From Eledone cirrhosa (lineage: Eukaryota): 64,000 nt of DNA. Positions 42,581 to 55,647 of this stretch are shown here, one piece after another (position 1 is the stretch's first letter; each line of letters begins with the position of its first letter). The notes under the pieces are model-generated. The model was not told the origin of the DNA. It made no database searches and saw nothing but the letters and a program-made list of their open reading frames with translations. The stretch is taken from positions 3,968,001 to 4,032,000 of the forward strand of contig OZ024752.1 of NCBI GenBank assembly GCA_964016885.1. The letters run 5' to 3'. The translations under genes were made by a program, and so were the position numbers.

Positions 42581-42759
42581 TGGTATTTTCATAAATATTC
42601 TCGCGGCGTTAACACCGTGTCAAATAAAATGTTACCAGCCCGATTCATGAATACATTTACTATATCACAGTGTGAAGTGGAATACCTCAGATAAATCAAC
42701 TTCTGCTGCTTTTTGCGCTACGGTGATATCAACAATTTCCAAAATTGTGTGCATGTCTT

Positions 42760-43100
42760 TGAAGCAACGTTACTCGATAGAGTGGGTAGCTTGGAGATCA
42801 GAGAGCCACTCCAGGTAGAGCCACTACTTCTCTGAAATGAGAGGGCACAGTTCCAATACGAGGGGCACGTGGTTAGAATGTCTCCGGAAAGAATCGCTGG
42901 ACAGATTTTACGGGTAAAACCAACTGGCAGGATACCCGGGGGTAGACCCCGAGTTAGATGGTTCGATAACATCCATGAGCTTGGCTGGTCTTGCTTGAGG
43001 TCGGAGATGGTTGCTTCTGACAGGACTCGCTGGAAGGAGAGTTTGAGAACTCAGCCTCCACGACCCTCTCAGGAATAAGTGGGTGAAGGACGAGAAGAAG
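42760..43100 (+). mobile_element. RTE-clade LINE 3' end
   Basis: GHVVRMSPERIAGQILRVKPTGRIPGGRPRVRWFDNI...ASDRTRWKESLRTQPPRP, followed by a GAAG-type tail. Confidence 0.85.
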
Positions 43101-43274
43101 GCAGTGTTGAGTGGACTACCTCAGATAAATCGACCTCTGTTGATTTTTGCATCACAGTGATATCGTTAATTTCCAAAATTGTGCGTCGGCCTGTATGGGG
43201 GTGCACACGTGTGTGAGTTGTAGTGAAAACACCACATACTTTTCTTATAAGTCCCTTGCAATTCTTTTAACAAT

Positions 43275-43457
43275 AATTGTTTCTACTTTAGGCACAAGGC
43301 CAGCAATTACCCAGTGCGTTACTGATACTTTATTTTATCGACCTCGTGAGGATGAAAGGCAAAGTCAACCTCGGCGGGATTTGAACTCAGATCGTAAAGG
43401 GATGTAACTATACTGGAAAGCATGGCGTCCGACCCTCTACCGATACTGCCAATCCAC
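43275..43457 (-). mobile_element. tRNA-derived SINE, family A
   Basis: Reverse complement matches the consensus; a partial plus-strand copy follows at 43508-43610. Confidence 0.8.
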
Positions 43458-43604
43458 AATGTTACTAAATCCATCATCAGTATTTCTTGGCTTTCCTAGT
43501 CATATCTACCGAGGTTGACTTTGCCTTTCATCCTTACGGGGTCGATAAAATAAAGTACCAGTAATGCACTGGGTATTTGCTGGCCTTGTGCCTAAAGTAG
43601 AAAC

Positions 43605-43675
<71 letters not shown>

Positions 43676-43914
43676 AGGCGCATGGCTGAGTGGTAAGAGA
43701 ATTGGATTCGCAATCGTGAGGTTGTGCAGACCGGACGGTGTGGTATGTCCTTGAGCAAGACACTTTATTTCACGTTGCTCCTTCTATCTGGAGTTGCAAC
43801 TGTCAGATAGTATTAGCAATTGGAAAGACCAACGGAAACATTGTTTCCTCGGTCCGATTTCACGAACTCCACCCCACGCGTTAAGCGAATGAGGTCTGGG
43901 ATGTTGACGATCGA

Positions 43915-44058
43915 CTATATATATATATATAGCAACTTGAGGACGATACTGGATGCACTGCGGAAGAACTGGCAAATGCTATGAGAGACAGAGATGGATG
44001 GAGGGAACGTGACGTAGAAAGCTGAGTAAGCTAGACCTGATGATGATGATGATGATGA
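43915..44058 (+). mobile_element. LINE (RTE/RTEX-like) extreme 3' end with (TGA)n tail
   Basis: QLEDDTGCTAEELANAMRDRDGWRER followed by a (TGA)n tail. Confidence 0.6.
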
Positions 44059-44114
44059 TATATATGTTGGATGCAACTCCATGTCGAGTATTGTTTTCGC
44101 TTGATTATTGTCGA

Positions 44115-44646
44115 GTATTGTGTGTATTTATATATATATGTCTGTGTGTGTGTTTGCATGTACATGTATGTGTGTATGTGTATGTATATGTGTGTATTTA
44201 TATATTTATATGTCTGTGTGTGTGTTTGTATGTACATGTATGTGTGTATGTGTATGTATATGTGTATATTTATATATATATGTGTGTGTGTGTTTGTATG
44301 TACATGTATGTGTGTATGTATATGTATATGTGTGTATTTATATATATATATGTGTGTGTATGTGTATATTTGTATGTACATGTATGTGTGTATGTGTATG
44401 TATGTGTGTAATTATATATATATGTCTGTGTGCGTGTTTATATGTACATGTATGTGTGTATGTGTATGTATATGTGTGTATTTATATATATATATATATA
44501 TTTATATGTGTGTGTGTGTGTGTGTGTGTTTGTATGTACATGTATGTGTGTATGTGTATGTATATGTGTATTTATATATATATATATATGTGTGTGTGTG
44601 TTTGTATGTACATGTATGTGTGTATGTATATGTATATGTGTGTATT

Positions 44647-44679
<33 letters not shown>

Positions 44680-44786
44680 TTGTATGTACATGTATGTGTG
44701 TATGTGTATGTATATGTGTGTATTTATATATATATATGTGTGTGTGTATGTTTATATATATGTATATATGTATATGTGTGTGTGTG
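44115..44786. repeat. higher-order microsatellite array (~60-bp unit, ~10 copies)
   Basis: Recurring TTTGTATGTACATGTATGTGTGTATGTGTATGTATATGTGTGTATT(TA)n(TG)n. Confidence 0.9.
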
Positions 44787-44972
44787 ATGAAGAAAACGGC
44801 AACAATGGTGGTGGTGATGTGATAGTAACGGTGGAGGGAGGGGGAGTATGTTTATCAAATCTGGTGAACTTTTCAACTTTCATAAATAAGATTTCATAAA
44901 TGCTTATTGATTAGCAATTAGATATTTGGAAAGATAATGACAAAAACATTTCACGTGACACACACACTCATG

Positions 44973-45065
<93 letters not shown>

Positions 45066-45082
45066 AAATACATACACGTACA

Positions 45083-45129
<47 letters not shown>

Positions 45130-47033
45130 ATATTAATCTATTTATCACTTTTTAGGTAAATATACTCATATGAACATGTGTGTGTATGTGTGTATGTTTA
45201 TGTAGATGAATCAGAATGGAATCGTGTATGTATGTATAAATACATTCGTACATCCATATATCCATACATACAAACATAGCTACATACATACATACTTACA
45301 TAAATACATACATACATACATACATACATACATACATACATACATACATACAAACATAGCTACATACATACATACTTACATACATACATACATACATGCA
45401 TACATACATACATACATCCATACATACATACATACATACATACATACATACATACATACATACATACAATCATACATGGACTATGATAGCTTCTCCATGC
45501 CCAGATATCTGGGGAACACTTTGATGTTTTCCCTGGGTTTTAACTTGGTGATTTCACGGTGAGATGCGTTTTAATAAAATCTGCTATCTTTGCGAATCTA
45601 CTTTAGTTTATCAAAACAAACATGTCTTCGTATTACCAGATCCCGTTGCCTCACGACCTCTTCTCCTTACACATTCTTGTCATCATGGTAGTTGTCTATG
45701 TTCATTGCTTATTTGTCATTGTCCTCCAGAACTTTCATATGACAACATGGTGCTATGTGTTGATATGGCAAGGCAGCAAACATCATTACATTTGCGCCAA
45801 ACCTATCTCTCTGACATCAGGTTAATGTCTTATCGCATCTTATTTAACGGATTTGCGCACATATTTATTTCGACCAATCCACTCGGTGGTGAAAATGAGA
45901 AAATCTTTCTTATTCACACTTAAACTGCTATTACCAAATCTTGATGGTACGCCAGTGTAAGTAATTTGTAAACTTCTGCTGACTCTATTATAAATATTTC
46001 CCTATATTTTCTGTAAACGTGATTAAAACCAAAACGTTCGGTGACAGTTTTCTCTGTCATATATTTTCTTTGGTAATAACATGATAATATGGTGATAAAA
46101 ATGAGCTATAAGTTTAGTTACATAGAATTACTGTCTAATTCTGAATTGAAAAACAAAATAAATATGTCCGTTTATTTTAAAAGATGTTTCACAGACTTAA
46201 TATAGCCATAAATATATTTCATAAGAAAACGAAATATTGATGTTTGAGCACAAGTTCTTCAGAATACCACTATGAATCTCGAACACAGAGCAGAAGACAA
46301 AAATAACCAATTATGCTGGCAAACCACACAGAAAACATTTTTTCGGCATTGAACAGACGAAAACTAGTATGCCTATATATAACGACTCCCCTCTCAGTCT
46401 AAAACCACACTCCAAGGCACTGTTAATGTAGAACGAAGAAAGGTAGACTAAGGTAATCTAGATCAGACTACATCAAGAACTGGACAGGTCTCAATACTTC
46501 GGACTTTCTATGTAGGACAGAAGTCAGTAATAAATGGTGATTGCTTCTGGCAGAGCGTTTATAAATGGCACCTTAATGAATGGGCGCACCACTCAGTGCT
46601 ATGATTATACTGTATGGACTTAACACACAGCAAAAGCAATATTTTATTGTGTTTTAAATTAGTTTGGCAAATGCCCTTGGACACAACCCTCACGTCTCTC
46701 GACTCATTTGTGTAGCATCAGAACAATAATGAAATATATAATATAGTACTGATATTGCAGGCACTGAATTTTTAAATACAAATACTTACACATTTTATTA
46801 CTTTACTTAGCTAGTCAGAAGGAAAAGAAAGTGACCTGGGTGTTTGTATGATCATCTAGAAAGACGAGGTCACTTCAGGATTACTTTGACCGTGTTTTGT
46901 TAAACGGTAGATGTGGCGTTTGCTGTAATGTGGTATGGTGATCAATTTGATTCGATCTCAGTTGTATCTGTGCAACAACAGCAGCAGCGTCCTACATATG
47001 TGGGCTGCACTCCAACTGGGTGCGTTTCACCCA

Positions 47034-47117
<84 letters not shown>

Positions 47118-47259
47118 CCTTATCTTACAATCTCCCTTCAGACCCCCAGTATTAGAGCTTATGCTATCAACATTTAATGACCCCAAAAAACACGTTATGT
47201 CTTCTGCATCTCTTCTGTGCTTTTACCTTCCTACTGATGAGTATCTCAATGTTGTTCAG

Positions 47260-47540
47260 TCAGCATGTTACTGCATCAGCTCCTTCAATACTTGCACTTA
47301 ATTCAATACTTGCACTTAATTCAATACTTGCACTTAATTCAATACTTGCACTTAATTCAATACTTGCACTTAATTCCATACTTGTACTTAATTCAGCCTC
47401 CTGCCTTCCATCACTCCTGAACACGGCCCTGAAATACATGAACCTCTCTACCTGCTTCAGTGGAAGTCCATTCACATGTAGAGCACACAGCGCAGGCTTC
47501 ACTAACTGGACGAGTGTCTCAGTTTTGGTGCAAACTTGAC
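47260..47540 (-). mobile_element. inverted RTE segment (post-RT region) with internal 18-bp tandem repeat
   Basis: TKTETLV...CALHVNGLPLKQVERFMYFRAVFRSDGRQEAEL; TTCAATACTTGCACTTAA repeated ~6 times at 47285-47395. Confidence 0.75.
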
Positions 47541-47599
47541 TTGGAAATAACTCATCCTCCTTGCACTTGCAGTAGAAGAAGGCACGAAGAATCGCAGCA

Positions 47600-48625
47600 A
47601 AGTAAAATCATCTAAAGTTAAAAGTTGACTTTGGGGTTAAGTTGGAATCCGGCTACGGATCAGCAAATAAAATCTTCAGGCAGACCATCCGTCGGTTTCG
47701 TAATAAGAAATCCTCCTCCACACCTGCTATCAGGAACGCCTCTGGGGTTCTTCTCTCTTCGGAGAGGTGCATCCTTGGGAGATGGAGAGAATGCTTAGCT
47801 CTTCTCCTTAACCCGATCACAACAGCATCTTCTGATGTACACGAGGTACATCTGGGAGCTGTGGCTAATCTCTCTGAGGTTGAGTTCACAAGAGCAGTTC
47901 AAAAGCTCAAATGTGGCCATGCCGCTGGGGAAGATGAAATATGACACAGGGTGTTAAAGGCCTTAAATAGAGAACGTGTCCTCTGGCTGACTCGTGTGTG
48001 TCGGCTGGCCTGGATCGCTGGAAAGCTACTGGGCAATCAGGAGTGATAATCCCAGTTTTCAAAAAGAGAGACAAAAGGGATTGTTTTAATTACAGGGAGA
48101 TCACCTTGTTAAGCCTCCCCGGTAAAGTGTCTGGCAAAGAGATGTAGGGAGATTGTCGAGTCCAAGCTATCTGAGTAACAGTATGATTGTCGGCCCCAAC
48201 GTAGCACAGCCGTCCAAATATTCACACTGCGGCAGGTCTTCGAGAAATTGTGAGAGTAATGTCACGAGGTATATCCTTGTTTTGTAGACATCGAAAAGGC
48301 ATATGACCCCCGTTTCTCTGGTTCTGATGTGGAAGGTTCTGCAGGAGTATGAGATCGATAGTCAGCTTCCTTTTGTCCTGATATCTCTATACGAATGCCC
48401 GAATATTTGTGTTCGGATAAATGGTGCTAAATCGAAACCATCTTCAAAGTGGGAGTCGGACTCCGCCAAGGATGTGTACTCTCACCTGTTCTGTTCATTA
48501 TTTTCATGAACAGGATTGACATGCGCATCCGTGTTGGAAGTGTTATCACAACTGGTAGGTGCAAAATCAGTCGGCTGACGTTTGTAGACGACATGGTGTT
48601 ACTTAACTCAACAGGAGGTGATCTT
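47600..48625 (+). mobile_element. RTE-clade LINE reverse transcriptase pseudogene
   Basis: ANKIFRQTIRRFR...GRWRE...KLKCGHAAGEDEI...GVIIPVFKK...NYREITLLSLPGKV...CFVDIEKAYD...GLRQGCVLSPVLFIIFMNRI...LTFVDDMVLL, with stops and frameshifts. Confidence 0.9.
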
Positions 48626-49548
48626 GACTTGCACTTGATGACTTAGATGATGACGGGAAAATAATAAAATGTAATGATTTTTCTCGACCACTATGAACTC
48701 AAGCAAATTAATTTACCGAGAGTAAAATAGATTTGTGTGTATGAGTAAGTTTGTTCATTAAAAGCAAGCAAGCAATCAATGTTTAATTTTAATCTGCAAA
48801 AGAGAAAAATCTGCGATAAGCACATTGTGATTTCTAACAATATGGCAACATACCTGTATAATTTTGTGACACACTACAGTATCAGAAAACACATTGTAAA
48901 ATACTGTCTTAATACAATCATCAAGGAGACTCACTGTAATATTTAATAGCTAGGACCTTCTGGAATTTTCCCCCTGTATATGCTTTTTCATATAACCATC
49001 GACTTGGAACAGTTTAAAACGGATGTTAATTACAAGAATCTTGCCATCTCTGAGTGGTTGTGAAAGTCATGGCCACATCCATTGCCTTTAGAAAAAACCA
49101 ATCAAAAATATACAATAAATACGTATCAACGGCTCACACACAGCTTCCATTTACCCAATTTCATTCACAAGACTATGATTCAACCAAGGTTAAGGTGTAA
49201 GTCGCTTTCGCATCTTTTCACACAGTGGGTTTTGAACACTAGGAGTCATGATGATGAAGCAGCCGTCTTAACCATTCAGCCATGTTTACAACGATATACG
49301 TTTAATCCTAAAACACATACATTTAATCGTTCTAACACAGCAATACATCACTTTACTCTTTCTTTCTCAATGTATTCATTTAACTATGGATTACTTCACT
49401 TATTTATTTGCTTTGGTTTGCTCCATATTTTGACAAATAACATTAAGTAAAGCTAAACTCTTTAAGTTTTTGTCAAAATAACATAGCTGTGAATACACAA
49501 ACACACATATATATATACATACGTACATATAAATTTCCATACATATGT

Positions 49549-49609
<61 letters not shown>

Positions 49610-49745
49610 CTTATTCTTTCCAAACCATTACGTTGACATGTTTTCAGCTAGCTGATCCCACAGAAGCTAAAGCTTCATTCTTAACACAATATATTATTTT
49701 GCTGCTTGTCTATATTATTAGTAGTAGTAGTAGCAGCAGCATTAC

Positions 49746-49814
<69 letters not shown>

Positions 49815-51129
49815 AAGCATTGTTATTGTTATTATTATTATCATTGCCATCATAATCATCACCATCATCATCGTCATCATCATCATCATCATCACTATCA
49901 CCATTTCTAGCAGCAGCAGCACAATTCCTGTATTCGTTTTTTTTCCTTTTATTTATTCTTATTTTGTTCTTTTCATGCTCTTTATTATTTCTTTCCACCA
50001 TCTTTAATACTTTCTTTTGGTTCTTTCTTATATTGTTTTATTTGATTTTGTTACATATAGTTTTCTTGGTGTGTTTTGTTTTGTTTTTGCTTGCATTTTA
50101 TCATTTTGTTTTGTTTTTGCTTCTATGTTTATTGTTTTCTTTTTCTTCTTACTTTTAACATTTCTGCAGAGAGAAAGCAATTCCATGCCAACTACACTGC
50201 ATAGCTATCAATCTGATTTTCCCATTATTTCTCACTGATGTAGATCTTTCTTGATATATCCAAACATGTTAGGACAAAGTTAGAGTCTTCAAAGAAGCAT
50301 TGCTTTCTAAATGATTAATCACCGATATTCATGATAAGAGTACAGATTTACTTCATTGTTACTATTTCGTCGTCAGCAGAAAATGTTAGGTGTTACTGGT
50401 GTACAACGAAACAGTACAGTGGCCATTAAAACTACTGGTTTCACCTCATCAAATTGATTGGCTATGTGGAAAGACGACAGCTCACTGTTACGGTGTTAGT
50501 CTAAACTGTAAAATTTACGATCGTTTTTGATAGCTTTCAGTTCTTGTTTCAAATCCTACAGAACCTGATTCAGCTTTTCGTGTAGATTAATGGCTTAGAA
50601 GAGATTTTATTTCTGTACATTTACAAATCATTCTTAACTGATATTTCTGCCAACTTGACATCTTATAAATACTTGAAAAATATTTGCAGACTGTCTTAGA
50701 CTCTTGGATAAACTAGTCGATAGAGAATTTGTCTGTTGGTTTCAGACTGTTTATATTCCGTCAAAGTCTTAGTGACTCGTTGTCTATGAGGATAAATACT
50801 TAATTGGACCAAATCCACTTAATTTTTAATCGGTGTTATGAGGAAGTGCAGTTTGCCATTTTATACAGGAGAATTGTATAGGTTTGAGTTTCAATCCTGT
50901 CAAGTATATAAAGAAGAGAGGAATATGTTCATAAGAACTCCAATGACTTAATAAATTTTGAGATTTCCAGCATACTTTGAAATCCCTTATAAATGAAGTT
51001 AATTTTATTTTACAGGAGTTAATATTTTCACACTATATTATATATATATATATATGCCTACTGTAGTGAACTACTACCACCATGCTCCTAACTCGAGTAG
51101 TATATCAAAAACAAAAACATAACTTTGCA

Positions 51130-51194
51130 CCTGTCTGATGAGAACCCTTCAAAGGATTATTATGTGATTGCGTCTTCGAAATACGTATAACAGG
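51130..51194 (+). ncRNA. type-I hammerhead ribozyme, canonical core
   Basis: CCTGT-CTGATGA-GAA...TTC-GAAA-T.ACGT.A-TA-ACAGG, with a perfect 5-bp helix I, palindromic helix III (TACGTA) and an AUA cleavage triplet. Confidence 0.8.
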
Positions 51195-51327
51195 ATTATA
51201 CAAAAAATAGAGGATGTACATTAAAAATTGTCTGTCTGTCACTCTAAATGATACCTTATTGATAATACTTTAAGGTAACAAGACGTAGAGTCTTTTATGT
51301 CTCTCTACGACTAAAGCCGGTAGATTA

Positions 51328-53040
51328 CACCGTGTAACAAAAAGAAATGTTCTCTGTTCCTGGCTTATAATCACTTTTTTGTGTTGCTTAGGTCCCAAAT
51401 AAATAAAAAAGTGCTATTAAACACTTAAAAGTTTGGGTTTGTAAAAATTCTAAGCTATTCACTAGAATTATTTGTATGCTGGATTTTACGTTGTATGTAA
51501 GTTTAATTTGCTTCTGTTAAATGATTTTTTTATATATGTTTCAGGTTAAATTAAAATTATAAACTAAAGAGTAATACCTAAAGAAAATTATAAAAGTGCA
51601 ATAAAGTATAACATTTTTAAAGAGTGGATTAAAGAGATTTATTGATACTGGATTTTCGCACCCTGAATAAAGGCTAAGTTGTGTTTTAAGCATTCATCTC
51701 CAGGATGAAGCAGTGGAACTTGGTCAAGGAGGAAGTGCAGGTGACAAGTCAGAGAAGTCGACACAAACCTTTCTCAGGCTTTTACACTCTTAGGGATGGC
51801 CTCTACTTCTGCCATGACATACCTGGACTGTTTGACGTTATTGGGGTGCCATTTGTGCCCAAGGAATGGCGGCTATTTATAGACAGCTCCACCACAAGTT
51901 TGAAGGCTGTCCTCCTCCACAATGGAAACAAGTTCCTGACACTGCCCCTAGCTCATTCAGTCTGCCTGAAGGAAGATTACTACAGTGTGAAAATCCTCTT
52001 GGAAGCTCTGCAATACAACCAGTACAATTGGGAAATCATTTGAGACTTCAAGATGGTGGCTTTCCTGCTTGGACTCCAAGGAGGCTTTATCAAATTCCAA
52101 TGCTTCCTCTGTCTTTGGGACAACAGAGCCAAAAGAAAGAACTGGGAGCAGCGAATAAAATTTGTAGTTGGGACCCGGAACGTCATGTGGGAGCCACTGG
52201 TTGATCCCAGGATTGTGTTCATGCCGCCACTACACATTAAGTTGGGGTTGATGAAGCAGTTTGTGAAGGCTCTCAACCAAGAATCAGCGGCTTTTAAGTA
52301 CCTTCTTGAGTTCTTCCCTAAGTTATCTCAGGCCAAAATCAAAGGTGGAATTTTTGTTGGACCTCAGATAAAGAAGGTGTTTGAGTCTACCGAGTTCTCC
52401 AATAAGCTCAATAGGATTGAAAGAACAGCATGGAACTGTTTCAAGGCAGTTGTTAAGGGCTTCCTGGGCAACTACAGAGCTGAAAACTACCAGAAACTGG
52501 TGCAGGATCTGATAAAGGCTTTTGGCGCCATGGGATGCAGGATGTCGCTTAAAGTCCATATGCTGGACGCTCACCTGGAAAAATTCAAGGACAATATGGG
52601 CGCCTACTCAGAAGAACAAGGCGAACGATTCCACCAAGATGTGAAAGAGATAGAGTGGAGGTACCAGGGCCACTACAATGAAAAAATGATGGGGGACTAT
52701 ATCTGGGGGCTAGTGCGGGAATGCGATCTGGACCTACAACCGCAAATCCAGGAAATCCAGTCATTTCTGACGTGTATAAGTTGCTTTATAAGTGTTATTT
52801 GTTTTTACTTGTTTGCTTTTGATAAGCTTGTGTAATAAAATAAATATATAATATGTTGATTTAATTATATGAAATGATAAATTTTTTAAAAATGTGTTTT
52901 TTCTTGAAAAATATGAAAATTTACTCCTGACCACAAACCCAAACTTCTGATTAAATAATAGTGTTGTTTTATAATAATGGGATATAACAAACCGGGAAAT
53001 GACACTTAGAACCGGGGAACAATAAATATGTTACACGGTG
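51328..53040 (+). mobile_element. Chapaev3-type (CMC superfamily) DNA transposon with both termini
   Basis: Perfect 12-bp TIR CACCGTGTAACA/TGTTACACGGTG, 3-bp TSD TTA on both sides, and an internal transposase. Confidence 0.88.
51705..52835 (+). pseudogene. Chapaev3-like DDE transposase, C-terminal part, one in-frame TGA at 52041
   Basis: WRLFIDSS.TSLKAVLLHNGNK...EII*DFKMVAFLLGLQGGFIKFQCFLCLWD...PPLHIKLGLMKQFVKAL...MGCRMSLKVHML.AHL...SEEQGERFHQD...RYQG. The two ORFs share a frame and are preceded by an acceptor-like TTCATCTCCAG. Confidence 0.9.
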
Positions 53041-53092
53041 TTATTTGTTCAGCCAACTTTTCTTTACTTGAATAATATATATATATATATAT

Positions 53093-53161
<69 letters not shown>

Positions 53162-54179
53162 TTACAATATACAATTTTGAATAATCATGGTACACCCATG
53201 TATATGCATGTATTATTATCACGTAGATAATTTACAAATAAATTTACATGCGTATATATGTAAAAATATCTTTAACTTTTCTGTTCAATGTAAATATATA
53301 TGTAGTATAAAAAGAATCAATAGGGGAACTGGTACCTAACGTATTCATACAAACTACACGTGTTGATTAAAGTCATCTTCACGAACGTCACTAAAACGGC
53401 ACCAATTTGTGTATATGATATGTTTTAATCACATAGAAAGTAGTTATATGATACAATAGGGCATGATGACTATAATTATTCACAAGTAAATAGAAGTTAT
53501 TAGTATCTATTCAAGAAAGAAATTATATTTATCATATTTTCGTTGTTGTTCTGTAGAATTACAAATGTTCTTGGACCTGTTTTTCTGCGGTACGTTCCAC
53601 TGTTGCTAATCTCTCTCTCGTGGAATATTTTAAAATAAATATCACTTCCGTTTTTTCTGAATGAGAAGATGAGAAATACTAACTTCCTGATAGAATGTAT
53701 CACTTAATAATCATACGTAAATAATGTTAGACATAGACAAGTGTTTAAGATCAAATTGTCCATTGGATGTAATCCTATTACGTGCTCTGCTTCTTAAATG
53801 TATGTTTATAATGTTTTATATCCTTAACTACGTATTAGTTCTCACAATATACCACCAAAGTACTTCATTCGAACTTTAGGTCTTGTCATGATCAATGACC
53901 ACTGAGATTGCGACTGTTGGCCGTATCGGTGAAGCGTCAGACACCATGCTTTACAGCATAGGCTTATGACCATTTAAATTCTGAGTGCAAATTCCGCCAC
54001 GATTAACTTTGCCTTTCATCCTTACGAGGTCGATTAAATATAGTATAAATGACACACTTTTTGTATATTCTTTGCCATTTTGTTCTGTTCATTGGGAACT
54101 TCTTAAATTCAGTCTTAGTATTGTAGTTTTTGTTTATACTTTATTCCTTTCGTTGTATGGTATATCAATGCTTGTCTAG

Positions 54180-54790
54180 ATGTGTATATGTGTTCCTATG
54201 TTTCCATAAGAGTGTGTATGTGTTCATATGTTTCCATATGTGTGTGTATGTGTTCCTATGTTTCCATAAGAGTGTGTATGTGTTCATATGTTTCCATGTG
54301 AGTGTGTATTTGTTCCTATGTTTCCATATGAGTGTGTATGTGTTCTTATGTTTCCATATGAGTGTGTATGTGTTCATATGTTTCCATATGAGTGTGTATG
54401 TGTTCCTATGTTTCCATGTGAGTGTGTATGTGTTCCTATGTTTCCATGTGAGTGTGTATGTGTTCTTATGTTTCCATAAGAGTGTGTATGTGTTCCTATG
54501 TTTCCATGTGAGTGTGTATGTGTTCTTATGTTTCCATAAGAGTGTGTATGTGTTCTTATGTTTCCATAAGAGTGTGTATGTGTTCCTGTTTCCATAAGAG
54601 TGTGTATGTGTTCCTATGTTTCCACGTGAGTGTGTATGTGTTCTTATGTTTCCATAAGAGTGTGTATGTGTTCTTATGTTTCCATGTGAGTGTGTATGTG
54701 TTCCTATGTTTCCATATGAGTGTGTATGTGTTCATATGTTTCCATGTGAGTGTGTATGTATTCTTATATTTCCATAAGTGTGTGTATGTG
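54180..54790. repeat. 30-bp minisatellite AGTGTGTATGTGTTCCTATGTTTCCATGTG, ~20 copies
   Basis: Direct reading; one unit near 54586 has a 2-bp deletion. Confidence 0.95.
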
Positions 54791-55142
54791 TGCGAATAAG
54801 TATAAGTGTTTCTCTATATCCTCCTTTTCCCCACACACTAAAATGTATTTGTCATTCTAACATTGACGATACTAGTTAGATCGACATATAGCTGCAATAA
54901 TGTAACACTGAGAAAACTTTATGAAGTGGAACATATAACTTTTAAAGGGAACTTGCTTGAAAAACACTTTTCATTTCCTTCTTGATAAAATAGAGCTTCA
55001 TATATTTGGTAAATTGATATTGATGATAAGGAAATCTATTACATACTACTATTGCTGCTACTATTAATTACATTAGTAGCTGTTGATGTTGATATTGTTA
55101 TTGTAATCTAGCATCATATTATCCTACATTTTTTTATATCAA

Positions 55143-55647
55143 CGGCGGGGGATTGGCAGTATCGGTAGAGCCTCGGACAATATGGTTTCCGGTATAGAGT
55201 TAAGGCCCTGTACGTTCAGAGTTCAAATCTAACCTAGTGTAGATTTGCCGTTCACCCCTATGATGTTGATGAAATTAAGCACCAGTAATGCACTGATGTC
55301 GATTTAATCGACTTTCGTCTCCCCCCAAAATTGTTGACCTTGTGCCTAAATCAGAGACCATTTATCAGACCCATGATCCAAAGCAATCAAATCCGCGTTG
55401 ATCTTCAGTTCTTTTTCATGCGATGTATTACCAATATCCTTATATAAGATACTAAAGGCGGTGAATTGGCAGTATCGGTAGAGGTTCGGACGCCATGCTT
55501 TCACGCATAGAGTTACGGCCCTTGCCATTCTGAGTTCAAATCTCGCCGAGGTTAACTTTGCCTTTCATCCTTACGGGGTCGATAAAATAAAGTACCAGTA
55601 ATGTACTGGGTAATTGCTGGCCTTGTGCCAATAGTAGAAACAATTAT
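55143..55647 (+). mobile_element. two family A SINE copies (old 55143-55365, young 55457-55647)
   Basis: Both match the consensus. The central CTTTCATCCTTACGGGGTCGATAAAATAAAGTACCAG resembles the conserved MetaSINE-type domain. Confidence 0.8.

Noticed and set aside
54130-54799. Cys/His-periodic ORFs resembling zinc fingers, or a CRISPR-like array
   Set aside because: Pure 30-bp tandem repeat with no spacers, no C2H2 spacing, a frameshifting unit and a eukaryotic context.
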